Below, one piece after another: positions 48,401 through 61,650 of a stretch of DNA of 64,000 nt. Position 1 is the stretch's first letter; each line of letters begins with the position of its first letter. Source of the DNA: Tubiluchus corallicola. Taxonomy: Eukaryota > Animalia > Priapulida. A program made the translations under genes and the position numbers. Location: assembly GCA_030141605.1 (NCBI GenBank), contig JAQGDQ010000142.1:186001-250000 (forward strand), read 5' to 3'. A model generated the notes under the pieces. The model was not told the DNA's origin. It saw only the letters and a list, made by a program, of their open reading frames with translations, and ran no database searches.

Positions 48401-51351
48401 ACTGCAGATGTCAGGATGGTTATACAGGAAATGGTTTCAGCTGTGAAGGTAGGTAATATTTTGTCTCTGCATGTACTTATAAAAGCGGCCCAGAATTAAA
48501 ATTTCTCTCCACTCCTCTTGTTTCCTCTATTCTGGGTTCACTACTCACCCGCTCGCAGCATCCTGCATAAACCTTGGTTGTTTACCTTGTAGGAGAAGGA
48601 TGTACGTTGACCCGAATGTGGTTGAGAGACCTCTGTTGGTTCGGTGACTCATCTTAGAGGGATATCCTTGATAAATTTCTCGTCACAAATATCTTTTTAG
48701 GTAGACCTTGCCTCTGAGTGCTCTCTTGCGTGCTGTGTGCCGAAGTGTAAAAAAATTCCTAGTTGTAACTAAATTCTTGTCAATGTATTTATTGTTGCAA
48801 TGAATATATTAAAAATAGCAAAAAATTTTCTCCTGCTATATACTACTCTTTTCCAACCCCTTCCCATCTCCTTCCCTCCCTTTCCCTTTTTCCTTCCTTG
48901 TCACATAACACCTAACACAGCCCTACACGACCTAATTTTACTTATTGGAGAAAGTATATTTCTGAATGTACAATAAACCCGAACAAAATAGAAAACGAGA
49001 CTGGCTTCCACGAGTTTTGTAGATCGGCGAAACTCAAGAGCGACTTATCACTTCTGGGGAAAAGGATTTCTTCGACAATTTTTAAACTTATTTCCCTGAA
49101 TCTTTGAAACTAAAGCATTAAATTTGGAACTTCGCTAAATGGTATTTTTTGTTGAGTTCTGATGAAAATCTCCTCTCCATCAGTAATTTATAATACTTAT
49201 ACGTAGGGCCGCTGGATGAGTGAGCAAGCTCTGCTCACATATATTTTTGTTGAATGGGACAACCTAAATATAAAGTACAGCTCGTCTGTAAATATTTAGT
49301 GATGTAAAACACCGTCAAATAGCCCCGGCCAAACCCACTCTTTTTGCCCAGAATTTGAAAACAAAACCAAAGCAAATTTTCTGTGTCAGGCGTAATTTGC
49401 TTAAAATCTGTTGCTCGTTCAAGAAATAGGTTAATTACATTTATGTCTTACTATCAGACATTATATTTTATTATAAGTGGAAATAGCGTCAAGTCCATTT
49501 GACGGTTCAGTAACATTCCCGTAATTTGTCTTAATATCAGTTGTCGTGTCTATTGTTTCCTGCAAAATGCTAAAATAAAGATAGCCTGCCTCAGTATAAC
49601 ATTTCCCATATTAAATATGCGTATTTAAACACTAAGAACATGTTCTAAAAAGCTAAAAAGCTGGGATAACTTACACAGGCCTTAATGCGTTTTGGAAGTG
49701 CCACACTTTATATTCACTTACACCACATGTTCCATCGTCTGATGTTGGTTCTGCTCCAGACATGAACCTCTTTTACATTACAATGTACGCGTTGGAATGT
49801 TAATTTTAGAATCTAATTGATCTTTCACTTACGTCAATATTGATGTTGGTAATGGTAGTGACAATGGTGACTACTATGACCACAATGGTGATAGTAGTAG
49901 TTGGGGTTTTAATGTATGCGGCGGTAAATCATCATCATAATGGTGGTATTGATGATGATGATGATGACGATGATGATGATGACGACGACGACCATGATGA
50001 TGATAGGTGTAATGTTTTGTTTTGTTTTCAGAAGTTCCCGATAGTGTTTGCCAGCCGGAAAACAAGTTGTTCGTTTGTGAGAAGAATGGATATTTTCGGA
50101 ACCCAAACCATTGTGGACAATTTTTTGCTTGTCAAGACGTGGGCACTCCTTGGGAGCGGTTACAGCTTTTAGACTGTCCAAATCTGAGATCATTGATATT
50201 TGATGAGGTAATAATTCTTCGACAATTTCAAATGACTTTCAACAGCTCCACATGTCTTTCTTTAGGTTTGTGCAGCCACCAACGGTTTCATACAACTGCC
50301 TGGTTGTTTCTTATGCTTTTCAATCTTCTTTCAGTAATTCACTCGTCTTTGAACGCTTAAAATCTCGGCCATGGCCTCACACACTGACATTTTTACATGT
50401 TTTCTGAACGCTCACCTCTAAGGGCCCCATTGGCTGTCATTGAGTTTACATGTTTATCTACACACATTAAACAGTTTTGTGGTTAACTTTGCACATTCAC
50501 TTGTTGATGTGACATACCATAATTTGTGACAACCTGCCACCTGGTGACTTCACATACTATCCGGCGGATTTGCACACGCTCAGGCAATATTACAAGTTTT
50601 CCTATGCATTTTCACGGCTTATTTTCTTTGGTTTTCGGCAGCTTAAATTCTTATAACTGTATTTGAAAGCTGCATCGCGCATTTTAAAATGCGATGTACT
50701 GAAGATTATGAGAAAATGATTTGCTGAAAGTGGTGCGATAAGCCATTACATTTCCAAGTACATGATGATACTAAAGTTATAAGTGAAAGGTTAACCAGTG
50801 AAAAAGGAGGATATTGTTGCACAGTAGCAAAAATTTCAATAGTGTAAAAGTTTAAAATCTATGACATCCATGCTTTAGTTTTCACATCGAATCCGCGTTA
50901 AGATATCATAGTGCACAAGAGTCAGATGAGTTACTCTTGATTGCCTTATATACATATAATGTTCGATAGTATTTGTTCTAATATTTGCTAAGGTTATCGA
51001 CTTTAGCTCTTGCTTAAATTTGCTCTAACGTTTTCGTCAGAGTATTCATTTTTAGATATTTTGTAAGAGGTTAGTTGTCGTATACAAAGGAAATGTGCAG
51101 TATGGTATTGTAATATTTATAACGATTTGAAATATGGAGCAAGTTATGGTAAGACAGAGATCGTATTGACAAAAGGTGCACATCTGCATTGTTTATGTTT
51201 TAAAGATGTTTAACCTATTTGCTGTATTAAATTTTATTCACAGAGACGAACAAGGTGTGTCTGGCCATGGCAAGTTGGTGTCGATGTAGACAAAATGTGC
51301 AGATGTCAGCGAGCCAGCGACAAAAGCTTGTATAACAAAGATACTGTTTGA
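45298..51351 (+). CDS. Secreted EGF + chitin-binding protein B (about 267 aa): signal peptide, 3x cbEGF, CBM14-like domain; tandem paralog of gene A
   Basis: Exons 45298-45448, 46020-46142, 47926-48048, 48326-48448, 50032-50207, 51244-51351; 804 nt in frame, all GT-AG. Signal-like [22 protein letters not shown]. Confidence 0.87.
46020..46142 (+). CDS. Gene B cbEGF exon 1
   Basis: [41 protein letters not shown]. Confidence 0.93.
47926..48048 (+). CDS. Gene B cbEGF exon 2
   Basis: [41 protein letters not shown]. Confidence 0.93.
48326..48448 (+). CDS. Gene B cbEGF exon 3
   Basis: [41 protein letters not shown]. Confidence 0.93.
49950..50004. repeat. (GAT/GAC)n microsatellite just upstream of the CBM14 exon acceptor
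   Basis: Seen directly. Confidence 0.93.
50032..50207 (+). CDS. Gene B exon: CBM14-like domain, first part
   Basis: [59 protein letters not shown]; GAG|GTAATA donor. Confidence 0.88.
51244..51351 (+). CDS. Gene B last exon: CBM14-like domain end
   Basis: [35 protein letters not shown]; FDE...C-x-W-P is typical of CBM14. Confidence 0.85.
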   Translation, partial: RRTRCVWPWQVGVDVDKMCRCQRASDKSLYNKDTV

Positions 51352-54300
51352 TGTTGATGTCATGTTACAATAGCTAACAGCTATACACCAAAAGATCTGT
51401 GCAAATTCAGTTTTGTTCCAAGCATTTCGTAACTTTAAAATTTGTGGCACACTTAATATCTTTCTTATTTCGAACAACTTATTTTAGAATGACAATTTAG
51501 TGTGCAATGATACAGTTCTCAACATAAATATGGCCTATTATAGTTCAATTGTATACGCATATGCCTTCTCTGTTTATTTATGCATGTTTTCTTTGCTGAC
51601 AGCTGCAATTGTGCTCACAGTTAATTAATTAATTTATTTCGTTATTCATGTTTCATTTCTTTATTTTTAAACTTATTAGTGTGATGTTCTGCGTGTAAAT
51701 TACAAGTTCTTTGCTTCTTATCTCCTTCCAGTGTTTTTACCACGCTTGTATTTTGCCATATTATATATAACTACGTTGTTACTTACTGGTGTTGTAGTAA
51801 TACGTGTAATAAGTGTATTGTTTAATTTTTGTTTTGAAGAAGTTCAATATTGTATCGCTTAGTTTTGACTTGCCATTTTATGACTCCAATACATTTTGTG
51901 CATGCGTTTTTGGATATATTTGTGGAATAAGTTTCGTTGATTGTTTTTTCTTGTAAATGTATGTTGTGTCATTTGTTTTAATGCTTTGCTTTATACTAAA
52001 TAATGAAGGAATAAGATTTCCTTTCATCTTTAATTTGAGCAAACTTTAGAATGGCATGGTTCATGAGTACTGCTTTACTTCTCTATAAAATTCAATTGCG
52101 AATATTTCTAGGCTTCAAAGTAACAATAGATTATCCTAATTTTTTTACGAAATAATACTAATGGACCGTTATACATAAAAATAGTAATAATAATTCTTTT
52201 CGCTAAAGTGAAAATGTGTCAAAATTTGTCCACCAGAGGGCTTCTTGCACGCGGGCGTCTAGTAAGGTCGTTACAAACATGCAATAGCGTCGAAGTTTCA
52301 ATTTTGTTCGAAGTTCTTCATATTTGCTTTTAGGTACGAATCTCTCCTAAAGGTCTCGTTTGATGTACATCAAGATACTGCAAGCCCTTAACAGACTTTG
52401 AGATGCATCTATTTCTTTCTTTTTTAAAACACTAGAAGCAAAGTACGAATATTACATCTGATGCTTTTTTGTCATACAAAAATATATATTACTTTGTCAG
52501 GCAAATTCTTCACTTTGACAGCCTGTTTTATGGTCAGTGTCACCATCAAGTTAAAATAAATCAATCTCGTAAGCGTTGGAAAACTTTCCTTTTAACACTG
52601 CATATATGGTAACGTGTATGCATGCAGGTAAGCCATTAATTCTTGTCACGCAAAAACCAGACGTTATTGTTTCCTGTAATGGTGTACTAAATCAATTTCG
52701 TGGGTTAATGAAATGAAACCACGTTTTTGAGAGCTTTAGCAATTTCTTTGTAACAAATTTTGAACATGGATGACATCCTGCGTTTGGATAATTGTTAGCT
52801 GCCTGTCAGGGTAATTAATCGTAGACCAGAATGATGAAAAACATGTTATTCGTGAAAAACACACATAGAGTGATTTGTTGTTGAACGTACTAGACTCATT
52901 GTTATATCAAATTCAAGAATTCAGCGACATAGGTAAAATTTATAGTATGTAACTTTTACTGATCACAATAATGTAGACTAATACACGACATGCTGCATTG
53001 GTGCCGCAATCACAAAAATAGGCGTACATAAAATGTGGCAGAGAAAAACAGAATCTATAAGTTTGTAAGCTCTACACTAGAACGTAAGGAAGGTATGTAT
53101 ATAGGTAAGAAGGTAAGCAAGCAAGAAAGCACGCAAGGAAACAAGCAAATATAGAGTACATGTATAGACTTCAATTTAAGTTTGGTATGGTTGACTTTCT
53201 TATAAGTATGATGGCCGGTGTGATTGTGGCTGTGGCGTATTTAATTAAACTATGCATAATCGAGGTTATTTATAATCCCATGTAGTGTCTATTATAGTGA
53301 TTCACTTGTTTAACGATGATAATAAAATAATAGACATTGTTACGTATAAGAAGCTACAATCCTTTTTACGATAAGCTTAGAGACATGCCCTAAATTTTAA
53401 ATCCGATTTCACAGAATGGTAAGAAAGGACGATCAACATTAGGAACAGCAAAACAACAAAAAACAAACAAAGACACCGCAACAATAAAAACAAACAAACA
53501 AACAAACAACAACAGTAGCAGCCATACAAATGCATAACTATTATAATCCTAATGTCAAAAATTACTGTTAATGATGTTACAAATCAATTAATTATAAAAT
53601 TTGATGCCAAACTTGCAAATAAGGTAGCGAAGAAGTTGGAAAGCAGCCACCTGGATTTAACACAAGGACCTGCTTACACTGCAGACCCCGTAGACCATCG
53701 GGCAGCCACATTCCCCAGTGGTCAAAGCAGTCCGAAGTTCATCCTTTTTAACTGCCCAACCAAATTCAGTATTTTCGCTGTTATATCGCTCACACTAGAG
53801 TGATTGTAACTAATTAGTTTAATTTTTATTTGGATTAAGTTTGAGCGTGAATTATCATTATCATATTAAGGTCAAGATTATTGTTAATGATTAAGCGTTA
53901 ACATCGTTAATTATCGTTAACAAACCCACAATCAATTAAATTTTGATGCCAAAGTTGAGAGGCAAGAAATGTGAAAAAAACTTGTATAAAATTAATTAAG
54001 ACCAACGTCAATTGGGACTAGGACTCTTCTGCTTACATTGTAGATATCACAATATTTGGTCATAGAGTTATGTATTTGGTGTACTCTGAAAGCAAAAGAT
54101 GAATCCTGAGTCAGGGTTGAGTCACATGTCAATAAGCAGTACATATTATGTGATATAAACAGGCTAATGCACCTGCTCTGGTTTCGGGAGACCCCTTCAT
54201 CCAAACGGATTTCACCAAATGAAACCGGATGTTCGGAAGGCCAGAATGAACTTTCTGTCATCTGGCTGCTTGAGAAGCGATTTGGTCATGAGATTTTTGT

Positions 54301-55420
54301 GGCTGGTTTTTTTTTCGAGTCCATGGAAGTTGTTATTGTGTAAAAATGTTTCTGTTCTTGGCAAATAATTTATACATATCCAAAGGTACAGATTAAATTG
54401 AAAATAAAAACTGATTTAATAAAAAATTCATGAGATATTCAACTAACTTAATAGATTACCGATGTTTTCATTTAACAAGTGATAAAAATCACTAATAAAC
54501 GCTTCTTGAACTATATTAAAAAATACAGTTTAAGATTGCGAAACTGCATCAATTAGGAAAAATTAGTCCACATCGTCTGTTTGTTGTGTAGATTACTGTT
54601 ACACATGTCGCTGAAGAAGTAATTCAGCTCAGTGGTAAAAGTATGTTGTTGGCGATTGAAGCGAAGCAGCTCCAAGTTTGTAAGAAATATTTGGGGACCG
54701 TCAGGAAATGGATTGCTTCTGAGAGATTTCATTTCCCGTCTATTTACCTTATTGAGAACTATATACACTCATGTGAACGTGGTGGAAAAACCACTATTGG
54801 TTGAGTCTTAAAACCTCTATTCCCGTTATAGTTAATGACATTAAGAAGGCAGTTGAGTGCTAACTGTATAGAAAACAAACCAGAAAGCCTATTTTCTGAA
54901 TCTAAAAAAGCAATAGAAAAATGGCACGGTAAAGTGAAAATGATTGGCATTAAAAGTGTAATATTTCGTGACTGCAAAATTTCTAAAGCAAATGCTACAG
55001 AGTTTATATTTGCGAGGCTAGCCTAAGCGATTTTATGTGAATTACGAACTCGCAATCAGAGAAAAGCTCTTTAAAACAAGAGTAAAGCATTCCTTAAACA
55101 AATAAGCCATAATGCGCCTAGCCAAATCGTTTGCATGGCTGAGCCTAAACGATAGCAATTTGGGATTTCTTCACATGCGCGTACGTAAATTTTCAGTGCA
55201 TAAATTTTGAATTCAGGTTGACGCCATTAAGTTTAGTTCCGTTGTAGGTCGTTTAGTTCCGTTTTACCAGATTTTTCCAATTTTCATGCCAATAATTTAT
55301 TTCTTACAAAATCAGTGTAGTTGCATCGATTTTAAATATATACTAGCAACCCCCCGCAAAAAATTGCGGTACACATCGGACGGGGTTTGTTTTGAGATGT
55401 CGTTGTTGTCTTGTCACTGT

Positions 55421-55532
55421 GATTATCATTATCATGAACGTCATCATCGTCATCGTCGTCATCATCATCAGGATCATCCTCATCATCATAATCATTATGA
55501 TCATCATCATCATTATCATCATCATCGTCATC
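55421..55532. repeat. (CAT)n microsatellite
   Basis: Seen directly. Confidence 0.93.
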
Positions 55533-57228
55533 AGCAAGTACGAAGAGCCTAAAAATAAAATGAGTAATAGTAATAGCAAAGCAAAAAAAACATAGCCAAC
55601 AGTAATTTAATTTTATTTTTATTAAAATGTTATTTGGGTGTCATTTTCAAAATGTCGTTTGGGAGGGTTCGCAAGAACGCTGGGTGTCTCAAAATGTAAG
55701 TAAAAGTGATTCACAGTCTACGTACCATATCAGAGAATCTTTTTGATGTAAATAGGTGACACGGATACGTGAATGCTTTTAATCAACTGCTAAGACTTGC
55801 ATTTAAAAGTAAAAAGCATATTGCTCATCGTGTGGAATAAAAGGAAATTACCATAATCAGTTAAGTATGAACATTCTTGTGTCTCATTTACTTTTTTAGC
55901 CATTACATTATACTACTTACATAGAAGGATAGTTAAAAACAGTCTGCTTATGTGTCGGAAACGATTCACACAATTTTTAATTGATGATCACTTCTTGTAT
56001 TTAAAAATTTTGGAATTTGGAGCTAAACATTTTTCGTTCTGAACGGGGAGGTGTATCACCAAAGAGCTAACGGTTTTTCTCATGGCGTCGGCTGTCACAA
56101 ACTCTAAATGAACAAGGTTCACACAGCTTGTATACCAGAGTTGGGACTGTTTTTAATCCAAGTAAATTCTGAAAGATTATAATTAATGCCTGATAATGCC
56201 AGCACTAAATAAGCTATGAGGATGCACTTATTATTGTACTGATATTAAATTTTAGTTCGTGTTTATCTTAAATGTACAAACACACAATTACATATAAATT
56301 AAAAATTAATAACCAAACAATAAGCGGAAACACATTAGACGTAAAAAGAAAATTCCATACCTACGCTCTGAAATTTACCTGCAAGTACAGAGAAATCAGT
56401 GCCATGATGCTAACAAAGCTATGATGGGACCAATATTAAACCATACAAGACCATACAAGTTATATGAAATAATGATGTAAAAATATTGGCTTATGACTTT
56501 ATGTCATCATGATGTCATAATGAGAAAATTCAGGTTCATTTTGCCCGGCACGATTTGTCATATTTCCACTACACTGCTTTTTTGGAACAGCTGATACATC
56601 TGGTCTGTTTAACTTTAAATGGTTAAGCGTTTATTGTCCTGTAATGCACTAGAACTGTTCTGTAGGAAATCCGGTTACAGATGTAATTCGAAACAGTAAG
56701 TGGTTTCAGCATTACATGGTCGTGAGTAATTTTCTTTCAGCTGACATTGTAGCAGTTTGCAGACTGCATTTAAGAAAAGCCCAGCGTGATGTCATCCTAC
56801 AGCTCACGTGTCTGCGACAGGAAAATATGTTAAACCACACTTCATTAATCATAGCCTTATAAAAGTGACTATGATTTACTTCATGAGCTAAAAACAATTT
56901 TTGAAAGTTAGGTTTTAAAAGGTAACCTTTACTTTTCACCACTTTGTGACTTACTACTGAGCTTAGAAAACGCAAAACTGACCCGTAAATTTCGCCCTCA
57001 GAATGAAGAAATATTTTGATTTACTTAAGGTAGAGCGATTTTCACAATTAGAAAAATGCAAAGAAACATTGATGCGAAAGTTTCAATAACGAAAATAATA
57101 CATTATCAGACGGCAAAAATGAACAAAAATGGAGAACCATAAGCAAGAGCTTTCACGCGTTCCACACGCACTTCAGGAAAATTCCATAATATTTGGCGCG
57201 AAGGCTCAGTATTCCTGGATTAACCTGC

Positions 57229-57267
<39 letters not shown>

Positions 57268-57269
57268 GC

Positions 57270-57303
<34 letters not shown>
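57229..57303. repeat. (CAA)n microsatellite
   Basis: Seen directly. Confidence 0.97.
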
Positions 57304-57304
<1 letters not shown>

Positions 57305-57679
57305 AACTTTCAAAATTTACAGTTTGTAACTGCCATGAAATAAATAAGAGTGTAAAATTTGTATGGGCTACACTGAGATTCGAACGCACGTAATTTTTTT
57401 AACTACAGGAGGTATAATGAGGGCGACAGCTTACGTCTACGTATGTCAAATCTGCAGTATTACATAAACTCCAGCGTGCCACTCTTGTTAGTTGCGAATC
57501 TTTCTAACTGACACCTGACAAGCCTTTGGAATTTATTTCAATGCAAATGTTTTTGTCACCTCGACTGATTTAGCTTTTATTTCATATTTGTTTTGCTTTG
57601 CTCTACTTCCTTAATTGTCGTAAGACTAATCACAAAAATAAAGTCGCTCGAAGGACGTTAAATTTGTTAAAAGGAGGCT

Positions 57680-58200
57680 AAACAGCTTAGATATCAAGAG
57701 GCCTAATGGCAGCCGAAAAAATACCTGTAGAACAGCGAGCATATAAAAATTGTTGTTTGAACAAAGTAGATGATGAATTGCATGTAATTACTGAATGCCC
57801 ACTGTCGCTCATGTAAGAGAGGAATGTTTTTGTATTCTTTCTGATTTCTGTCCTAACTTTCATTATGTGTGTCCTAATCAGCAGTTCGCGTTTTTAAATG
57901 CGTTACAAGATGTAGAAGTTATTAAAATTAATGCCAGATTGGTCCACAAAATATTTGAAGATAAGCCCGACTGAGATAACTCAGTGCAAGCCCGATTGAC
58001 TGACTAATTGCAATACGTATGTAATATTACGTTTATGATATATATGTATGTTGCTATGTTGTGTACGTTGTTTTGTGCTTGAACCATTATACCACTTATA
58101 TGTGGTTTCTTTGTTCCGATGTATAATGTTTTTTAAGTCGTTTTTCTTTGTCTCTTGTAATTTGCTTTACTCAATGGTCCAATAAATAAAAAATAAATAA
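57680..58200 (+). mobile_element. 5'-truncated, decayed non-LTR retrotransposon (LINE) 3' end
   Basis: KIPVEQRAYKNCCLNKVDDELHVITECPL resembles the ORF2 C-terminal zinc-finger motif (P..ER.C..C...VEDE.H....CP). It is followed by a T-rich UTR and a CAATAAATAAAAAATAAATAA tail. Confidence 0.65.
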
Positions 58201-59927
58201 CTTGTAAGATTACTTTTTATAAGATCATATTTTTTTCTAATTTGATGCCAAAATTATAAGTTAAAAATAAGTTAGAAATCTGCGGTTCTAGTCGGTGTAT
58301 TGTATAGTGATCGCATTAATAATCAACGTTTACTGCCAATGAAGTTGTCAAATTTCACTCTTGAAAAGGTTCTAATTTTCTGAAATAAATGCTTAATGAG
58401 CAGGAGAAATGCAATTTAGTGTCGTCTGGGGACGCGATTCTTTTCGGAAATTCGATAAAAACCACTTCGGTCGATTTGGCCAATCACGGAAAGTGCATTT
58501 GTACTCGCTTCCGTTGAAGATGCCACTAATTTCATTGTGCACGACTAATAAGGACATAGGTGATAAGATACTGTCTTTAAATGAATTTTAGGAAAATTAC
58601 CAATGCCATTTGCGGAATTAATGAAGGCAATGAGACTTGAGGTTTTTCAGCTTGAAACTGTATTTCCTTAATCATGTATTGTACATGCTAGGTCTATATG
58701 ATGACATATAAAGGTCTTTTGTAAACAGAGGCGGATACTGAATTTGAAAAAACACATGGAGAAATAAGGGCAAGAAGATTTGAGGTACAGGCCTCAAAGT
58801 GCATGGTTGACGACAACTCAATTACTGAACTTTAAAGAAAAACCGGCCCCAATCTTAAACTGTAGGTCAAAACAATCTACTCTATAAAATATTCAAAGGG
58901 AATATTTGTTTCTCAAGAATGACTTACGTGAAAGAATATTCCCACGCGAAATTTCGCGTTCGCGCGGCTAGTTCTTCACTGTTACATACACTTCGCCATT
59001 CGTTAGTTATATGTGCACTAGCGCATGCATCTGAAAACGAGTTGCGCAAAAAACTGGTGCTGTATCTCTCAGTTCAGAGGTGTTCGGTTGTGATATTGTG
59101 CACGCGTTAGAGAGCTCAAGCGTCAGCAACAGCGGCAATGTTGAAATTTGAATTTTAAACTTAAAATTTGTTGCGTTTTTGTATATCACTATGAGTGTTG
59201 TACAGCAGCACTGTACTTCAATTTTTCCTTTAACAAACACGTATAACACGCTCATGAAATATTTGTGCTGTTAAAAATTATGTTCATTTGTCATGTCATC
59301 AATACTTGGGGTTGCCCGCCATTAATTAAGATTTTAATCTATTATTTAATTATCAGAAATGGGTTTGCAGTGCTATTGGTGTTAACATGCATACTTTTTA
59401 TCGTACATCAGAAGGGGTAGAGATGAAAAATCATCCTGTTTTGCTTTAAAAGACACGTAAATTATACAAAAATAGCCAAAGTTATTTCGCATGTGTATTA
59501 CGTATACCGGGCCGTGAAAACTTACTAGGTACGCACCTGTTACGTCAACAGTCATTATAAATTAAGTAGAGCTAGCAATAACAGATTGTCTTTTTCCTTC
59601 AAGAATTTTATTTTTTTACTGAATTATTAACGATAGGAAAAATTTGCTTTGCATTAAATGTCATCTTAATTGTTGCAATGAAAACAGTTTAACGCAAATA
59701 CAAAATAAAAAGAACATAGCCCTTCTGAACAGAAGAATTTCACATCGACTAGACTTTATTAGTAGTACTTAGTATTAGTTAGTAGCTAAAAGATTACAAT
59801 GTTTTGCTTACTTTCAATGTTGTAAGTCAAGTTGTACTGAACGGGCAAAATTATAATTTTAATCAATTTAATGTGTTGAAATCAAGTCCTGAATTAAATC
59901 AGTACCATTAAGTGAGCAAGCAAGTAA

Positions 59928-60085
59928 GTCAGTCAGTCAGTCAGTCAGTCAGTCAGTCAGTCAGTCAGTCAGTCAGTCAGTCAGTCAGTCAGTCAGTCAG
60001 TCAGTCAGTCAGTCAGTCAGTCAGTCAGTCAGTCAGTCAGTATGTAAGTAAGTAAGTAAGCAAGCAAGCAAGCAAGCAAGTAAGT
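59928..60085. repeat. (AGTC)n/(AAGT)n/(AAGC)n tetranucleotide microsatellite
   Basis: Seen directly. Confidence 0.97.
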
Positions 60086-60245
60086 AAATATACAAGTAAA
60101 TAAGTGGTATTTATTCCGAACTAAAAGACCATATAACAAAATTAAACACTTGTTTATTTACTTATGCACGCACGCTCGGACGTGTACTCATTCAAACCAC
60201 ATTGTACTAAATAATAAGTGATAAATTACTATACCTAATATATCC

Positions 60246-60248
<3 letters not shown>

Positions 60249-60299
<51 letters not shown>

Positions 60300-60303
60300 G
60301 ACG

Positions 60304-60385
<82 letters not shown>
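60249..60385. repeat. (TA)n and (CT)n microsatellites
   Basis: Seen directly. Confidence 0.97.
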
Positions 60386-60392
<7 letters not shown>

Positions 60393-60669
60393 CTTCTCTC
60401 TTGCTCTGCTATCAGTGTTCAGTGCAACAGTTTACAAATGCTGCACGTTACACAGTGTTCCTAAGCTGTAATGATAATATAAGACGACAATAATGCAACT
60501 ATAATATTGATTTGCTTCCAATTGCATCCTTGTTTCCAAGCTAGATCATTTATATGGGGTATTTTTATCAGTCAATAATATGTAAGCTTTCCACGCATTA
60601 TTGCTAGCTTTGGGGCTTGTCAATACCATTCCAGTGCGTAGATTGCGACGTACTTCAAAGTTGGTGACC

Positions 60670-60790
60670 GTTGTTGTTGTTGTTGTTGTTGTTGTGGTGG
60701 TGGTGGTGGTGGTGCTGGTGGTGGTGGTGGTGCTGGTGGTGGTGGTGTTGGTGTTGGTGATGGTGGTGTTGGTGGTTTGTTGCTGCTGCT
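60670..60790. repeat. (GTT/GGT)n microsatellite
   Basis: Seen directly. Confidence 0.95.
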
Positions 60791-61118
60791 GTTCGAAAAA
60801 TCGGGTAGCTGAGTCAGGTATAAACGTCAAGTAAAATGTAAAATCGATTAGTCAGTCGCTAGGTTAGTATTTCATTATTCATGAACCGTTTTGTTTATTA
60901 CTTCTAGTTTATCACAGTTCTGTATCTAAAATCGAACACAACAGTCTCACGAAAAATTCACGAAAATTCAGTGGTTTCGAGTGGCTATATAATCCTCGAT
61001 TGCATCTTCTAATGATACTGCCAATACTTGTAGTGCAGTTAAAATACCACAGTATTTTACTAAAATAAGACACTAAAAACTAACCAAACCCCACAAAAGA
61101 ATTTTGCGCATAAACTCA

Positions 61119-61650
61119 CAACAACAACAACAACCCACGCCACACCACACCAACCTGCCACACTACTCAAAATACACCACACTATTCCTCCCGCATCATA
61201 CCGCAACACAACACCACACCATACCACAACACGACACCACCCACACCATAGCACACCACCCACTCAACACACCACACAACCACCCACCACCCCATTCACA
61301 CCACACCACCCACACTACATCACACCAGACCAACCCACCGCCCCACTCACAGCACACTACCCACACCACACCACACTATACCACAACACCACACTTCCCA
61401 CAACAAACCATACCCACCACACTACACCAACACAACCCACACCACACTGCCTACACTCTACCATCCCACCAGATCACCCACACCACATCACCCACACCAT
61501 ACCACTCAGACCTCACTAAACCACACCCACCACACCACCCACACCACTCCACCAACCCACTCACAACCTATTACCCCACTACACCATCCACAGCGCAACA
61601 CCCACTGCACAACACCACCATCACACCACACAATACCCATCACATCACAC
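61119..61650. repeat. Degenerate (CACCA)n low-complexity tract
   Basis: Almost entirely C and A, with a 5-nt periodicity. Confidence 0.9.

Noticed and set aside
57360-57392. tRNA-like B box (GTTCGAATC on the minus strand)
   Set aside because: No cloverleaf or A box can be built; at most a SINE remnant.
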